Of a stretch of DNA of 64,000 bases, positions 31,290-42,494 are shown piece after piece (the first letter of the stretch is position 1; every line of letters starts with the position of its first letter). Under the pieces are notes generated by a model. That model ran no database searches, was not told the DNA's origin, and worked only from the letters and a program-made list of their open reading frames with translations. The stretch lies in assembly GCA_000002445.1 (NCBI GenBank), contig CM000208.1:1952001-2016000 (forward strand), written 5' to 3'. The stretch comes from Trypanosoma brucei (taxonomy: Eukaryota). The position numbers and the translations under genes were made by a program.

Positions 31290-34200
31290 GTTTCAACGTG
31301 AGTGAATGCACTGTCACCACCCTCACTTAACGTCACAAACCAACAGCAAAAATATAAAATGTGAAAGGAAAGAAGCACAACTGGTTTCTTAACTTTCCTT
31401 TACTACGTCCCTTACTCCTTTCTTCCTTGTTTCTAAAATACGTTGTTCTCGCTTTTCTTCCTCGATGCTTTCTCTGCCTCTTTTTTTTTTGTATACTTTT
31501 TGTTATTTCAGAGCCCTCAAGTGCCTGGTAGCAGAAAAAGGTGTGGAAAGGGGGAAAAAGAAAATGGAAAAAGAAGAGAGCGAACGAAAGATGAATGGTG
31601 CGAGAAACAGATAACCTCAATAATAATAATAATAATTATTATTATATATATATATATAATTCCCACAAAATAATTAACAGTCATGAAAAGTGGGTATTGA
31701 CCACATTTGGACCTCTCTTGGAGAACTTACAAACACTCAGTCAAGGGCGAATTCGCTGATTCAATCATTTTCTTTTTTTTTTTGTTTTCTTAATAACTCT
31801 AAATGAGGCATGAGAATTTGGAGCAAATGTAACAAACGAGCAGAAGACTTATCATTGAAATACGCAATGAGAAGAAGATAAAATAAGATATAAAATTAGA
31901 TAAGGTGAAGCGAAATGAAAGTGAAACAACATAAAAGATGAAAACAAAGAATGGGAAAAAAGAAGAAAAGAAAAACAACGGTCCCTTTCCTTAAAAACTT
32001 TTCCCACTGAGCAATGCACGCATATGCCACTTTTTGTGCCTGAGCTCCGCTTTCCTCAAAACGATCGATTACACTCTCAAGTAATAAATCTTAATTAAGA
32101 TAAAAGGTAAGAAGTAAAACGGAGAAAAAAAAATAAAGAAAGGAAAATTCATGAAATCCGAGGGGGAAACAACCAAAAATAAATAAATAAATAATCAAAA
32201 CAAATAAAACGCATGCGCACGCACTTTAAAATGAAAATATAAGTGAGAGGGAGGGATGATATCACAACAAGATGCATAAAAATATATATGCAGAGATAAG
32301 TGAGTAAATAATAAAATAAAGTGAAGTTCCCTCTGCATCAATTACCTTTTTCTTTCTTTCTTTCTCTTTTTTTCTTTTCTTTACTCTTCCGATCGATCAC
32401 TTGAATTCGCTAAATCATGACATGCCACATCATATTACGTTATGCTTCATTATTTTTGTGCCATTTGGTACAGGTGCGCATAACTAAAAAGTGACGTATG
32501 AAAAACGGTTCCGTCACGGCGGCAGCGGCAAAAAAAAAAAAAATACAATAAAAACAATAACGACAACATCATCACCGTAATTAACATCTTCACCGCTGAC
32601 CCACATAAACACATAAACACAAATATATTCATTTTCGCTTTATTTCAGTTATATTTACACATGACTGTGTGAGAGAGAAAAAAAAAAGAATGGCGAAGTT
32701 GTGAAAGCAACAACAGACCGCATAACTTGACAGCACTTATGATCGCTACTACCAATCAGAATAACAATAATAGCAACAATATAATATGATGATAAGACAA
32801 ACAAATCAAGGAAACCACTGACACGCTGCAAGATGAGAGGAATGGAAATGAATGAGTAGTAAACTAAATGCGGATGAGTTAAAGGAAAATAAGACAACAA
32901 TAACAAAATGTATTTGTCCTTTTCCTCCTCCTCCTTTTCACTCTCCGCTTAAATCATCCCTTTTCACCCCTGTTTTCACGCTGCCTTGAAATACCTTCAG
33001 ACAACATTCAAAAAAAAAAAAAAAAGAAATCAAACGATAGAAAAAGAAAAAAAAACGTGAAATAAAGTGAAGCGTTGACAACGGAGTTGGTGTAGAATGA
33101 AACAAACAAATAAATAAATGAGGTGCAGCCACTTGCGATAACTAAAATTATTAAACACAAGGTGCACAAAGAAAAACATGATAATAATAATAAAACACAG
33201 AAGCAAAAACGAACGAACGAACGAACAAACAAATAAAACATTCATAAATATACCAATGGGTATGAGCACTTTCAGCCGTTAGTTTATTTGATATTGATAT
33301 TTAATGGGAAATAACACACACGGCCACATTTGTACATTTACATATTATCTTATTTTCCCTTTGTGTACGACGATGCGTTTTGGAAAAACGGACAGCGCAA
33401 TAATGAGGGAGAGTAAGTAAAAATATATATATATAATAATAATAATAATCAAAAAAGAAAGACACAGAAGCAACGACGCACCAAGAGCGATCACTTTTAA
33501 TTATTTGCTTCTTTTTTTTTTTTGCCTTTCTTCAGTTACTTACTTATACATTCACTGGTGTATGAGGGGAGAAAGATAACATAAAATCAACAGAACGACA
33601 GCAACGAATATAAACATGCAAAAGCATACAAACAAAGTGAAGCAACATGTATTTGCCTGTGGTAATATTGAAAATGATATCATTATGATTGTTTACCATT
33701 TCCTCTCTTTATAATTGTAATTATATATATATATATATATAAACCCGTTTCGTCTTAAAGGAAAAAAAAAGAGGTATGGCTGAAGTCCCTTTTTTCCCTC
33801 ACGTGCACAAACGGCTCTCCCGTAAATTTAAAAGAAATAAATTAAGATAAAATGACTGGATGGAAGACTGACGACACGGCCCACACGGTAGATAGTTACA
33901 AACATAAATATAAATAAAACAAAACGAGAACACCAGACTCCCAAAATGGAATACGACCATACAAATAATAAAAGTAATTATATAAAATAAACGAAAATAT
34001 AGAAAAGCATATATATATATATATATATATATATTACATTTGTATATTTATCTTTCTTCTTTTTATAGAAACAAAATATCGAAAAGGAGGGGAAGGGAGG
34101 GGAAATAAAAGGAACATAAAGTAGGACTTAAGAAACGAATGGCAGCATTAAGAATCAAAACGAAACAATAAAAAGAGAAGTGAAAACGGAATTTTAACAA

Positions 34201-34900
34201 CTGCGGGCTAATAAAATCTAAAAAAAAGTGTCATATCGGTGGGAATGAGCGAAGCTTTTCCGCACATGTGAAAACAACTAAAATAATAATAGTAATAAAA
34301 GGAATAATAACAAAAGTAATAATCCTGAAACAAACAAAACCAAAGAACGGCCATAACAAAACAAAAAAAACACAGAAAGAGCGTGTGGACACGTATATGT
34401 GAGGGGGCGAAAATAAAATAAAAATAAATTACCCTCCTCTCATCCCTTCACATTTTTTTTCTTTTCCTCACGGGTCGGCCCATGCACTGAGCCGCACTCG
34501 ACTGTTACGGGAAGAAGAGGGGAGTGTGAAACTAGCAGACAGATAATAATAACAAATCAACAACAACAACAGCAATGGGGTTTCCGTGCCGTAGCCCCGT
34601 GCCCATAAATTGTGTGTTTGTGTGCGTGTGTCTGGAACAACGCACAATAAATAACTCCTCGGTGTTGGGCGCGGTGGCGAAACAGTGTACAACAAGGAAT
34701 ATAAATCAACATATAAGCAGATTGACAAAAAAAAAAAAAAGAGCAACGAAAGGAGAGAACCAAGAAGGAAACCGGGCAGCAATGGTGGCGCGGCGGCGGG
34801 GGGGGGGTGATAAAAGCATCCACCTCAATGCGCTTTATTTCCACTTTAAGTCCTTCGCCCTTCTTCCTGGAAAACATCTCTTAAATTCCCTCATTTGCCA
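31290..34900. other. 3.6-kb AT-rich, gene-free low-complexity island within a unidirectional gene array
   Basis: No ORF longer than 110 aa on either strand. Dense A-runs of up to 16 are seen, as are (TA)n, (AAT)n, (GAAC/GAAA)n and (AAATA)n microsatellites. The minus (transcribed) strand is T-rich. Both flanking genes are on the minus strand. Confidence 0.7.
31540..31632 (-). promoter_or_regulatory. Polypyrimidine tract plus AG trans-splice acceptor region upstream of the AP-beta gene
   Basis: Minus-strand reading: ctgtttctcgcaccattcatctttcgttcgctctcttctttttccattttctttttccccctttccacacc, followed by AG dinucleotides about 250 nt upstream of the ATG at 31280. Confidence 0.5.
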
Positions 34901-34903
34901 ATA

Positions 34904-35704
34904 TCAACGGACTAACAGATTCCACCGACGCTTGGCTTCCACCAACTTGTTGTGACGTCGCTTGTGTAACGGTTCCATGCCCCCATCCACTTCGTTTGTT
35001 TTATCGTAACCGTACATGCCCTCCCTTACAATAAGGCAGTAGCAAAGCATCATGTCGCCATCATCGGTGGGCACTTCTCTCTGTTCCAACCGGTGCGAGG
35101 AGCGGATGAACTCTGGGACTGTAAGGTTTGTATCGTGACGGCGGCGCTCCACGAAGTCGCGAAGAAGTCCCAAAATAGCTGACAGTGTGTGATCTTCCAG
35201 CTCCCCTCCCACGTAGTCAGCAACCAAGACGCCGTTTTGCTCAAAACCACGGATGGAGTCGGGTGTATTCTCGAAAACAATCGTCGTTGCAACGTCACGG
35301 CCAAGCAGCGAAAGATCCTTTGCTGTGGATCCACCGCGAAACCAATCGCTGCTGCGGTAAATCATGTGGTGCACTGCATTGTGTCTATCAATATGACGGA
35401 CCACCGCCTCCGCGTAGTGCTTCATGCCGGCTGTCCAAAGTACCGTCTCGCAGTTTTCGTCCAGGAACTGCAGCAACTCCTCCAGTCCGGGGCGTACGTA
35501 AAGGGGTCCTTCACGGGCGTACACGAGTGTTTCGTCAAGGTCCAATACAATGGTGGGACGGTCTGCTAGTCGTTTGTCTTTCGGCGCGATGAGAGCTTGA
35601 GTTGCGGACGATTTTGGGCTGCCGCGGCAACCCGCGCACGAGAGGTCGTTGCAGGCGTACTCTTGCCGGAAACTGAGGCCACGCACTCGCTGAACCCGCG
35701 GCAT
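34904..35704 (-). CDS. NLI-interacting-factor (NIF)/CTD small phosphatase-like HAD-family phosphatase
   Basis: 266-aa ORF with a verified ATG. The catalytic DxDxT motif is present in IVLDLDETLVY, and the downstream fold is FCP1/SCP-like. Confidence 0.7.
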   Translation of the reverse strand: MPRVQRVRGLSFRQEYACNDLSCAGCRGSPKSSATQALIAPKDKRLADRPTIVLDLDETLVYAREGPLYVRPGLEELLQFLDENCETVLWTAGMKHYAEAVVRHIDRHNAVHHMIYRSSDWFRGGSTAKDLSLLGRDVATTIVFENTPDSIRGFEQNGVLVADYVGGELEDHTLSAILGLLRDFVERRRHDTNLTVPEFIRSSHRLEQREVPTDDGDMMLCYCLIVREGMYGYDKTNEVDGGMEPLHKRRHNKLVEAKRRWNLLVR

Positions 35705-36000
35705 TTAAGACAAAAATTTAAAATGAAGGAAAAGGAACGCCAGCGACCGGGCCGAAGGAAAAAACAAAATATTTCTTTGGTGTCTTTTCTCTTAGATTGG
35801 CTTCTTCGTATATATAACCTCTATCTAACACTGGTAATTCTGAAGACAGAAATGTGGAAGATATACATAGAGTGGTGGGCGTGCAAAAGCAAACAATGGT
35901 ACATTCTTCCCCCCTCCCACCACCCCTCTATCACAAGCAGCGTTCAGGATTAAGAACACACACGCGCACACACGCAAACACCATGGCTCTGCAACAGCTG

Positions 36001-36011
<11 letters not shown>

Positions 36012-36031
<20 letters not shown>
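36012..36031. repeat. (TG)10 microsatellite preceded by (TA)4
   Basis: atatatatgtgtgtgtgtgtgtgtgtg read in the intergenic region. Confidence 0.9.
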
Positions 36032-36303
36032 CCCACTTCCCATTTCACACGTTCGCGCTTCATTACCACACACAAAGCGCGTTACCCCGCTGCACGCACC
36101 CTCCTCTCCATTTGTCGCTCATGAACTGGCTCCAACACAGCAAAAAGGGAATCAGAAACAAATACAAGGAGGATGCAACGTACACCGTAGTAAATCACTT
36201 AGTGCCAGACAGGGGCGTGTTGACACCACCATCTTCAATAGACAATCCCCCTTTCTTGTGCTCACTTCTAATGATCCACATGCCCTCTGCCGCGGGAAGA
36301 AGG

Positions 36304-37677
36304 TTATTTCTCACTTCCATTGACCTGACGCTCCCAATCGGGGGCTTCGCGAGTGCACTTTGGACACTTACAAATGAAGAAGTAATGCTCATACAAAATC
36401 AGCTGGCGCTGTGGGTATGGCAGCGTCTCGTCCACATAGCTTATGTTTAACTCTTCCCCGGGTTCGATGTCTCGAAGGGCTTCAATGGACAATGTTTCGT
36501 CGCCCACAGCAGTGTAGAGAACCTGCAAATTGGGCTCACATGAGTGGTTTAAAAGGCAGCCTATCGTGTAGATCCCCTGCCCACGCGAGCCGCACATCAA
36601 CTGCCGGGCGTCGAAGCCGGCTGCCCGCACCTTCTCCTCGAACGCGTCCATCCTAGCCGCAGCATCGGGGATAACCTTCACTTTGCATTTAAGCTGCTCG
36701 TAATATGAGGGTCGACTGCGCTCTTGCCCGTTCAATAGCATCGCACCAAGGAGCTCCGACCATCGCGTGGGTGTGAAGAAGTGGCGTTCCTCATCTGTGA
36801 AGCGTAGAACTCGGTCCAGAAGCTCGACACCCTTCTCAAGGAATACCCCTGCTGCGTGGCTGTCTTCCGCTGAGTAGCGATGCACGCTGGTACAGCGGGA
36901 TTCTTCCAGTTTTCTCAACCAATGTTGCTGCCACTGCTGCCCACTGTTGTCATCTTCCTCACCTCCACTTTTGCTGCTGCTCTCGCTTCCTCTCTCCGCT
37001 ACAATCCCACCATTTTCCTTTGAAGGGCCCAGCAGGTACGTGAGCCGGAAGTCAGTAAGCGGTAACTTGGCAAGTTGCGATACGGGTTGATAAGCGACAT
37101 CTACTGGTTGCTTGTGGAAGCGTATATTCGTGACAACCATACAAACAAAGCGGAAGCCTAGGAACACAGTATCGGAGTAGTTAAGAGCTCCCAGGTTCCA
37201 ATCGTGAGTAACGAATTCATCATACGCACCCTTCTGCTCCTCTGACATCCTGCCGCGGCAGCCGCACCGGTGGAAACGCGACCACGCCGCTTCCCTGCAC
37301 CGCACCGAGCAGAACACCATCGCACAACCGCTTTCTGAACGCACGCACGGCACCTGCCGGATATCGGCGCAGGATTCACGAAATGGCAGTGCTGAGGTTA
37401 ATGCCTCATCCTTGGTTACTCGAGCCACAGACTGTGCTGGGCTTTCAAGGAAAAGAAGACAGTTTCCACACACGGCTACCTTGCTAAGGTGGTCGTCTAG
37501 GTTCTGCGAACAACAAAGGGCAGTTTCCTCGTGCACAACGTCTCCTTCACGTATTTTTTTTTGAGCAACGAGCCCTTTGCCCTTCACAGAATCTGTCTGA
37601 ATGCGGAAACTTGCGCCCTCCGTCACGGGCGCATAGAAGGATTCACAATAATTCCAATGTGGTGAGGGGAGAACCAT
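36304..37677 (-). CDS. SET and MYND domain-containing protein (SMYD-like lysine methyltransferase)
   Basis: The track start is GTG at about 37790, and the first ATG is near 37675-37677 (MVLPSPHWNYCESF...). The SET core is GLVAQKKIREGDVV...GCLLNHSCEPNLQ...ELNISY. A Cys-rich insert (CAMVFCSVRCREAAWSRFHRCGC) is MYND-like, and a post-SET Cys cluster (CKCPKC) follows. Confidence 0.7.
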   Translation of the reverse strand: MVLPSPHWNYCESFYAPVTEGASFRIQTDSVKGKGLVAQKKIREGDVVHEETALCCSQNLDDHLSKVAVCGNCLLFLESPAQSVARVTKDEALTSALPFRESCADIRQVPCVRSESGCAMVFCSVRCREAAWSRFHRCGCRGRMSEEQKGAYDEFVTHDWNLGALNYSDTVFLGFRFVCMVVTNIRFHKQPVDVAYQPVSQLAKLPLTDFRLTYLLGPSKENGGIVAERGSESSSKSGGEEDDNSGQQWQQHWLRKLEESRCTSVHRYSAEDSHAAGVFLEKGVELLDRVLRFTDEERHFFTPTRWSELLGAMLLNGQERSRPSYYEQLKCKVKVIPDAAARMDAFEEKVRAAGFDARQLMCGSRGQGIYTIGCLLNHSCEPNLQVLYTAVGDETLSIEALRDIEPGEELNISYVDETLPYPQRQLILYEHYFFICKCPKCTREAPDWERQVNGSEK

Positions 37678-38242
37678 ACCAACAAACCCAGCCGACGCCT
37701 GGAACGGTGCCGATCTTATCGGCAGCAGAGCAGCTATCCGAAAGAAGATTCTATCCGCGCACCACGGATGTCCAGTGAACCACACCACCACCCACCACCA
37801 CGGCCAAACGAAAAAAAAAGGTCGCTAACGAGACTTACGATCGAGGGACGAAGTGAGGGAAAAGAGAAACCGTGAAAAAAGTAACAGGAGCGAGAGATGA
37901 CAGGCAGCTACAGACACTCAGACAACCGTGCTCGCACGACACCCACACGCATTAAAAGCAGAAGGAGGAGGGCAACTGCCCCCCCCCCCCCACAGGTCTC
38001 GTCTTTCGTTTGTCGTCACAAAGCATTTGCCTGTCCAACATGGGAGCAGCGAAACAAACAAGATATGCAATTTGAAGTAAATTAACAGAAAAAAAAAGAA
38101 GGAAAGGAATAATAAAGCAAAAATAAGACACTAAAAGTTGAGTCGTGTTAGCGTTTGGGTAAATACGTATAAGCTAAGGTGGATGGGTGAAGGGAGGCAA
38201 TGTGGGAAAACTAATAGGGAGCGAAATGGTAAGGAACTCCCC

Positions 38243-39721
38243 CTACTCCAGAAGGGCAGCGAAATTATAGTCTAACACAACGAAGTGGTTGTGGTCGCGC
38301 AACAGATAATGCCGGCAGCCCATTTCCTTCAGTCTACTTGCTATACGATTGAAACTCAACAACTCTTCCTCGTTACGGAAACCATAATAAGCTGCGTAGC
38401 CACTCCGCTCATCCTCTCCCTCTGAATAGCAGGAATCGGCGACAGAAGGCGACTCCCCTAGGCCGTCACGCAGAAGCTGGCCCCATGGCACTTCACTCGT
38501 AAAGAGGAGCTTCACATTAAATTGATATAGCTCATCTACGAGAATAACAAACTGCTGCGCTGCGTTCCTATTTAACCTGCTGATCTGCGGTATGTTTGTA
38601 ATTATAACCGTGTGGAAAGTTTTGGCAAGGCACTGGAAGTCGGGGGGTCCGAGCGCACCACAAATATCCCTGAAATCGAACAAAGCAATCCCGCCGCAGT
38701 GGTACGGGACAACGAGCTCCCGTCCGTAAAGCCATATGGTTGCCCCCTTTACCCACGTGCGACTACCCGAGATGCCACGCTCTACACGGCGGACGAGTTG
38801 TGCCGCTGCCTCGATCGTGTTGGGGTGGAGGAAAATGGCATCGTGGTGGCCGGTAGACGCGTTCTCGCGGTAGTCTCGGATGTTTTCACAGTGAACAATG
38901 TCGCAGTAGTACCACAGCAACGGCACACACCTCGCAAAAGAATCGGAGATGGAGGTAAGGTCCTGCGGTGGACGGTTGCTTGTTGCGAACAGTATCAGGC
39001 CCCGTGGCAGCGCGATGGAGAAGAAACCAGCTAGTAGTGATGCATGCGTGACGTCGATGGTCTGAAACTCATCCAAACACAGAATTGGTGATTCCTGAAG
39101 AATGTCATTCACCACTGTGTCCATTGGCCGCAGACGATGGTCTCGTAACTCCGTCTCCGCTTTCTGAAGTCGCTTGACCAAATCACACATGAACGAATGG
39201 AGGTGCACACGCCTCTTGCTAACGTGCGGAATTTCTGAGAGTTCGAAAAGATCCATAACAAGCGTCTTACCTATACCAACGTCCCCCCACAGGTAGAGCC
39301 CCGTCCTCTTATCAACACCAAGATTCTCCGGCCAGTGGACTTTTATGTCCCGCGTAACAGTGTCGGGGGATGCACGCCGGAGGAAGTGCGACCCCGCGTG
39401 CCAAAGCGATTGCGCCAACGCTCTGCATGTTTCCAGACGGGCATAACTACTAGTAATTCCACTGTAGCCACCAGAGTTGGCAAACGTGCCCTTACCACCC
39501 GACCCTTTCGCGAGCGGGGGTTCCGCTCCTTTTTTCCCTGAAGAACTCTCACGCACCTTTATCGAATTCGCCAGTTTCGTACAGGCCTGTACCATCAGCC
39601 TCTGTCCGGGCTCTTCCCTTAGCACACCCTTCTGCACCAAACAATTGTACATTTCCTCCACAGTCCTCCTGTCCGAAACGTGAGCTCGCCACATATTGCG
39701 GGTACACAACGAAGCTCTCAT
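38243..39721 (-). CDS. AFG1-like mitochondrial ATPase (LACE1 family)
   Basis: 492-aa ORF with a verified ATG. The Walker A motif GLYLWGDVGIGKTLVMDLF closely matches the AFG1 consensus, and the AFG1 family fold continues downstream. Confidence 0.8.
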   Translation of the reverse strand: MRASLCTRNMWRAHVSDRRTVEEMYNCLVQKGVLREEPGQRLMVQACTKLANSIKVRESSSGKKGAEPPLAKGSGGKGTFANSGGYSGITSSYARLETCRALAQSLWHAGSHFLRRASPDTVTRDIKVHWPENLGVDKRTGLYLWGDVGIGKTLVMDLFELSEIPHVSKRRVHLHSFMCDLVKRLQKAETELRDHRLRPMDTVVNDILQESPILCLDEFQTIDVTHASLLAGFFSIALPRGLILFATSNRPPQDLTSISDSFARCVPLLWYYCDIVHCENIRDYRENASTGHHDAIFLHPNTIEAAAQLVRRVERGISGSRTWVKGATIWLYGRELVVPYHCGGIALFDFRDICGALGPPDFQCLAKTFHTVIITNIPQISRLNRNAAQQFVILVDELYQFNVKLLFTSEVPWGQLLRDGLGESPSVADSCYSEGEDERSGYAAYYGFRNEEELLSFNRIASRLKEMGCRHYLLRDHNHFVVLDYNFAALLE

Positions 39722-40013
39722 AACTGCCTACTCACTGCCAAAATAGACCAACCGCCACGTACGTACAGAAAGGGAAAAGATGGACAAAGGACAGAGACGC
39801 AAGACCTAGCAACAATGATGCGCATGTATAGTCACGCACGCAAAGAGAGAGAAATACATATTTATGATCGTAGTCGTCAACTCAGCTAGTGCACAGCGCT
39901 CTCACCAAGAAGTCAGATCTGTACCCGCACCGTAAGAAACATCCTCCTCCTTCCGTGAGAGCACTAAGAGGCACCGGAATGTGAAAACCCTTAGGGGAGG
40001 AAAGGAATCGACC

Positions 40014-42236
40014 CTACGCATCCTCAAGTACAAGCCGGCGGAGGGTCTCGAGTTTTTCCACGTCGTCATCGCTCAGTGAGTGTTTTCCGCTGATGGCGCC
40101 TGTTATTATTTGGTTGCACTCTTTGAGGAGTTCCGCCACACCCATCGCCTCAGCCGCAAGGCACGTCACCGCACCTCCCACCGCACGCCCAGGGAGGTCG
40201 ACGTGCACGTGAAAGCGGGAGTGGATAAGAAGGCTACACAGAAGCGCGAAGAGCGCGCCGCTACGTGCCGTGTCAGTAGTGAAGGTGTCTTCTTCCACAC
40301 GTTTCTTCACTTCTTGCTTCATTGAAGCGAGCGTCTCACGCTCAACCTTCTTATTCAGTTGATGGAAGCCGGATACTGCGATTTGGGCGGTACAGCTCAT
40401 GTCACGCAGAAGCTTTGTGAAAGTCTCCACAGATTTACCCATTGCCGCATCAACGAGCGGGGAGAGGCTTTGACGCTGCTGTTCTGGAAGAGCCTTCAGG
40501 GCTTTTTGAAGCAAAGCAGCAGTAGGAGGTTGTTGTTTCTGCTGGTCTTCTTTCACCATTAATGCCTCACACACACACTCATACACACCTGCGCTGTCAA
40601 GACCTTCATTCAGCAGAATGTCGCGTAGGAGCGCAAAGGCACGGTCGGTGAGAAGGTGGCGGTTGAGGGCTACACAGGACGTCTCGTCAAATTTTGTCGT
40701 TGCCCACAAAACACCCTTCTCAGCAATCACCATGCCACACCATGCGGTGCCAAGCGACGACTGAAGGTTTGTACGCATCCTTTTCCAGTCCACGGAAACG
40801 TGCTGCTCAGCCGCTGCGGCGAGCTCGCTGTATACCTCCTGCGCTACTACTTTCCACTCTGAGGTCAACTCTGCGAGCACATCCTGGTATTGTTCTAGGG
40901 GCAGACCCGTGACATCCGCTACCGCTCGCAACAGTATCTCTTCCTCCTCCTCACCAAACTCACGACTAACCTTCGATTTCCTCCCCTTTGCCCCACTTTC
41001 CCTTATTTGCAAGTCGTAAGAAGATTCCAGCCGTTTTTTCACCGTGGGTAGCACAGACTCATGAAGCAGCACGCCGCAGTCTAGTAGAGTGCACGACGTA
41101 ACAATAGGATGCAACTCGCGTAACCGCCGCAAAAGAATATCGGAGTCCTTTTCGAAGTCTACAGAAAGTGGAAGGTGGGTTGACAGGTCCACAACCAAGG
41201 CGTCGCCGTGTGCTAAGTCTTCAAGGACAACCAAGTTTGCCAGAAACCTGTCGGAAAGAAAGCATGCGGAAAGCGCATGCCCCGCATTTGGGTACTTTTC
41301 ACTGCGTGCAACCGAAGGCGATTCCGTATTGGCCGTGGACGCAGCCTGGACACGGCGGGTCCGCCTTTTCGGAGCGTCACCTTGTGCTGTAGCCTCCATA
41401 ACGGGGTTATATTTTGTCGAAAGGAATTCCCTCGCCTGCGTGATGCCTTTCCTATGCAGCAAGGCGTACTCAATGAAACCATTCGAGAGGTAAACGTTTT
41501 CCACCTCATTTGCACGGTCTTGTTCGAAGTAAGTTGGGATGTAAACCCGTCCTTCAATTTTTCCGGGTAGGTCATTCCTCACGGCCTCGATGAGGACATC
41601 CACTAACGGGGCAAAGAGGTTGTGTCGCTCGAAGAAGGTCGTCAAGTTGACGGGCTCCGTAGCAGCCAGTAATCCCGCGCGGAGCACGACCTTTTGCGCT
41701 CCAACAAATTGTTTTGTGTGCAGGGCGCCCCCCTGAAGAACGGCGCGTAGCCGTCCCGACTCAACCGCACCAGTTAAAAGGTTTTGGGCGAACAGGGATG
41801 TGAAGCGGTGTATCCTTGCGAACTCTGAAACAGCGACAAACCCCTTTTCCTTCAGGACATCTTGCGCTGCAGAGACGGTCGAGTCCAGGTATTCATCTGT
41901 CATGAGTTCCGCAGCCTCGAGACGTATATTAGGTTCTTCAAGCACCTCCGGTAGCACGCGCTCAATGTGTATCATGTGCACAGTTAAAAGACCAGGGAGA
42001 TCGGTTACATTCATGCGCCCGCCATTGGCGTGTACCTCATCAATGACTTCACGTCGCAACTGATCCCACGTCAGGTATTCCTTACCGTCAACAGTGAACA
42101 ACAGGTCGACAAACTTTTTTCGCTGCAGCACATTAACAATCTCCACCACATTGCGCTCGGTGATCTGGTTAGGAATATCCTGCCGCTGGATTGCCTGAAA
42201 TTTGCGTATCAGTTCACTCAGCTCCAACTCACTCAT
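40014..42236 (-). CDS. UFL1: E3 UFM1-protein ligase 1 (UFL1) homolog
   Basis: 740-aa ORF with a verified ATG. The N-terminal about 110 aa aligns with human UFL1: ERNVVEIVNVL versus ERNCIEIVNKL, VDGKEYLT versus LDGKEYIT, GGRMNVTDL versus GGRVNIVDL, and IHIER versus IHIEN. Confidence 0.7.
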   Translation of the reverse strand: MSELELSELIRKFQAIQRQDIPNQITERNVVEIVNVLQRKKFVDLLFTVDGKEYLTWDQLRREVIDEVHANGGRMNVTDLPGLLTVHMIHIERVLPEVLEEPNIRLEAAELMTDEYLDSTVSAAQDVLKEKGFVAVSEFARIHRFTSLFAQNLLTGAVESGRLRAVLQGGALHTKQFVGAQKVVLRAGLLAATEPVNLTTFFERHNLFAPLVDVLIEAVRNDLPGKIEGRVYIPTYFEQDRANEVENVYLSNGFIEYALLHRKGITQAREFLSTKYNPVMEATAQGDAPKRRTRRVQAASTANTESPSVARSEKYPNAGHALSACFLSDRFLANLVVLEDLAHGDALVVDLSTHLPLSVDFEKDSDILLRRLRELHPIVTSCTLLDCGVLLHESVLPTVKKRLESSYDLQIRESGAKGRKSKVSREFGEEEEEILLRAVADVTGLPLEQYQDVLAELTSEWKVVAQEVYSELAAAAEQHVSVDWKRMRTNLQSSLGTAWCGMVIAEKGVLWATTKFDETSCVALNRHLLTDRAFALLRDILLNEGLDSAGVYECVCEALMVKEDQQKQQPPTAALLQKALKALPEQQRQSLSPLVDAAMGKSVETFTKLLRDMSCTAQIAVSGFHQLNKKVERETLASMKQEVKKRVEEDTFTTDTARSGALFALLCSLLIHSRFHVHVDLPGRAVGGAVTCLAAEAMGVAELLKECNQIITGAISGKHSLSDDDVEKLETLRRLVLEDA

Positions 42237-42494
42237 TTCTTCCTAAGGATATCGAGGGAAGTGTGTTGAGGTTGGGGCAAAGTAAATAAATTACAGGAAT
42301 AAACAGGAGAAAGACCAACCGCCATAAGAGACGGTACAACAATGCACCTGTGCGTGCTTGTGTCTTCAGGGCTGTCGCAAGTGACTTTTCGTTTTCGTCT
42401 GCGCTAGTAAGAGAAAGCTCATGCGTGAGAGACGGGGGAGGGTAACGCTCTTGCCGTTTAGCACAAGGAGTATAATCATCTCATTAGAGAAATG

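Noticed and set aside
31290-34900. Possibility that the AT-rich island is a strand-switch region or centromere
   Set aside because: Genes on both sides are on the same (minus) strand, so it is not a divergent or convergent strand-switch. No higher-order tandem repeat or degenerate retroelement characteristic of known trypanosome centromeres is evident. It is retained only as a candidate internal termination, re-initiation or origin site.
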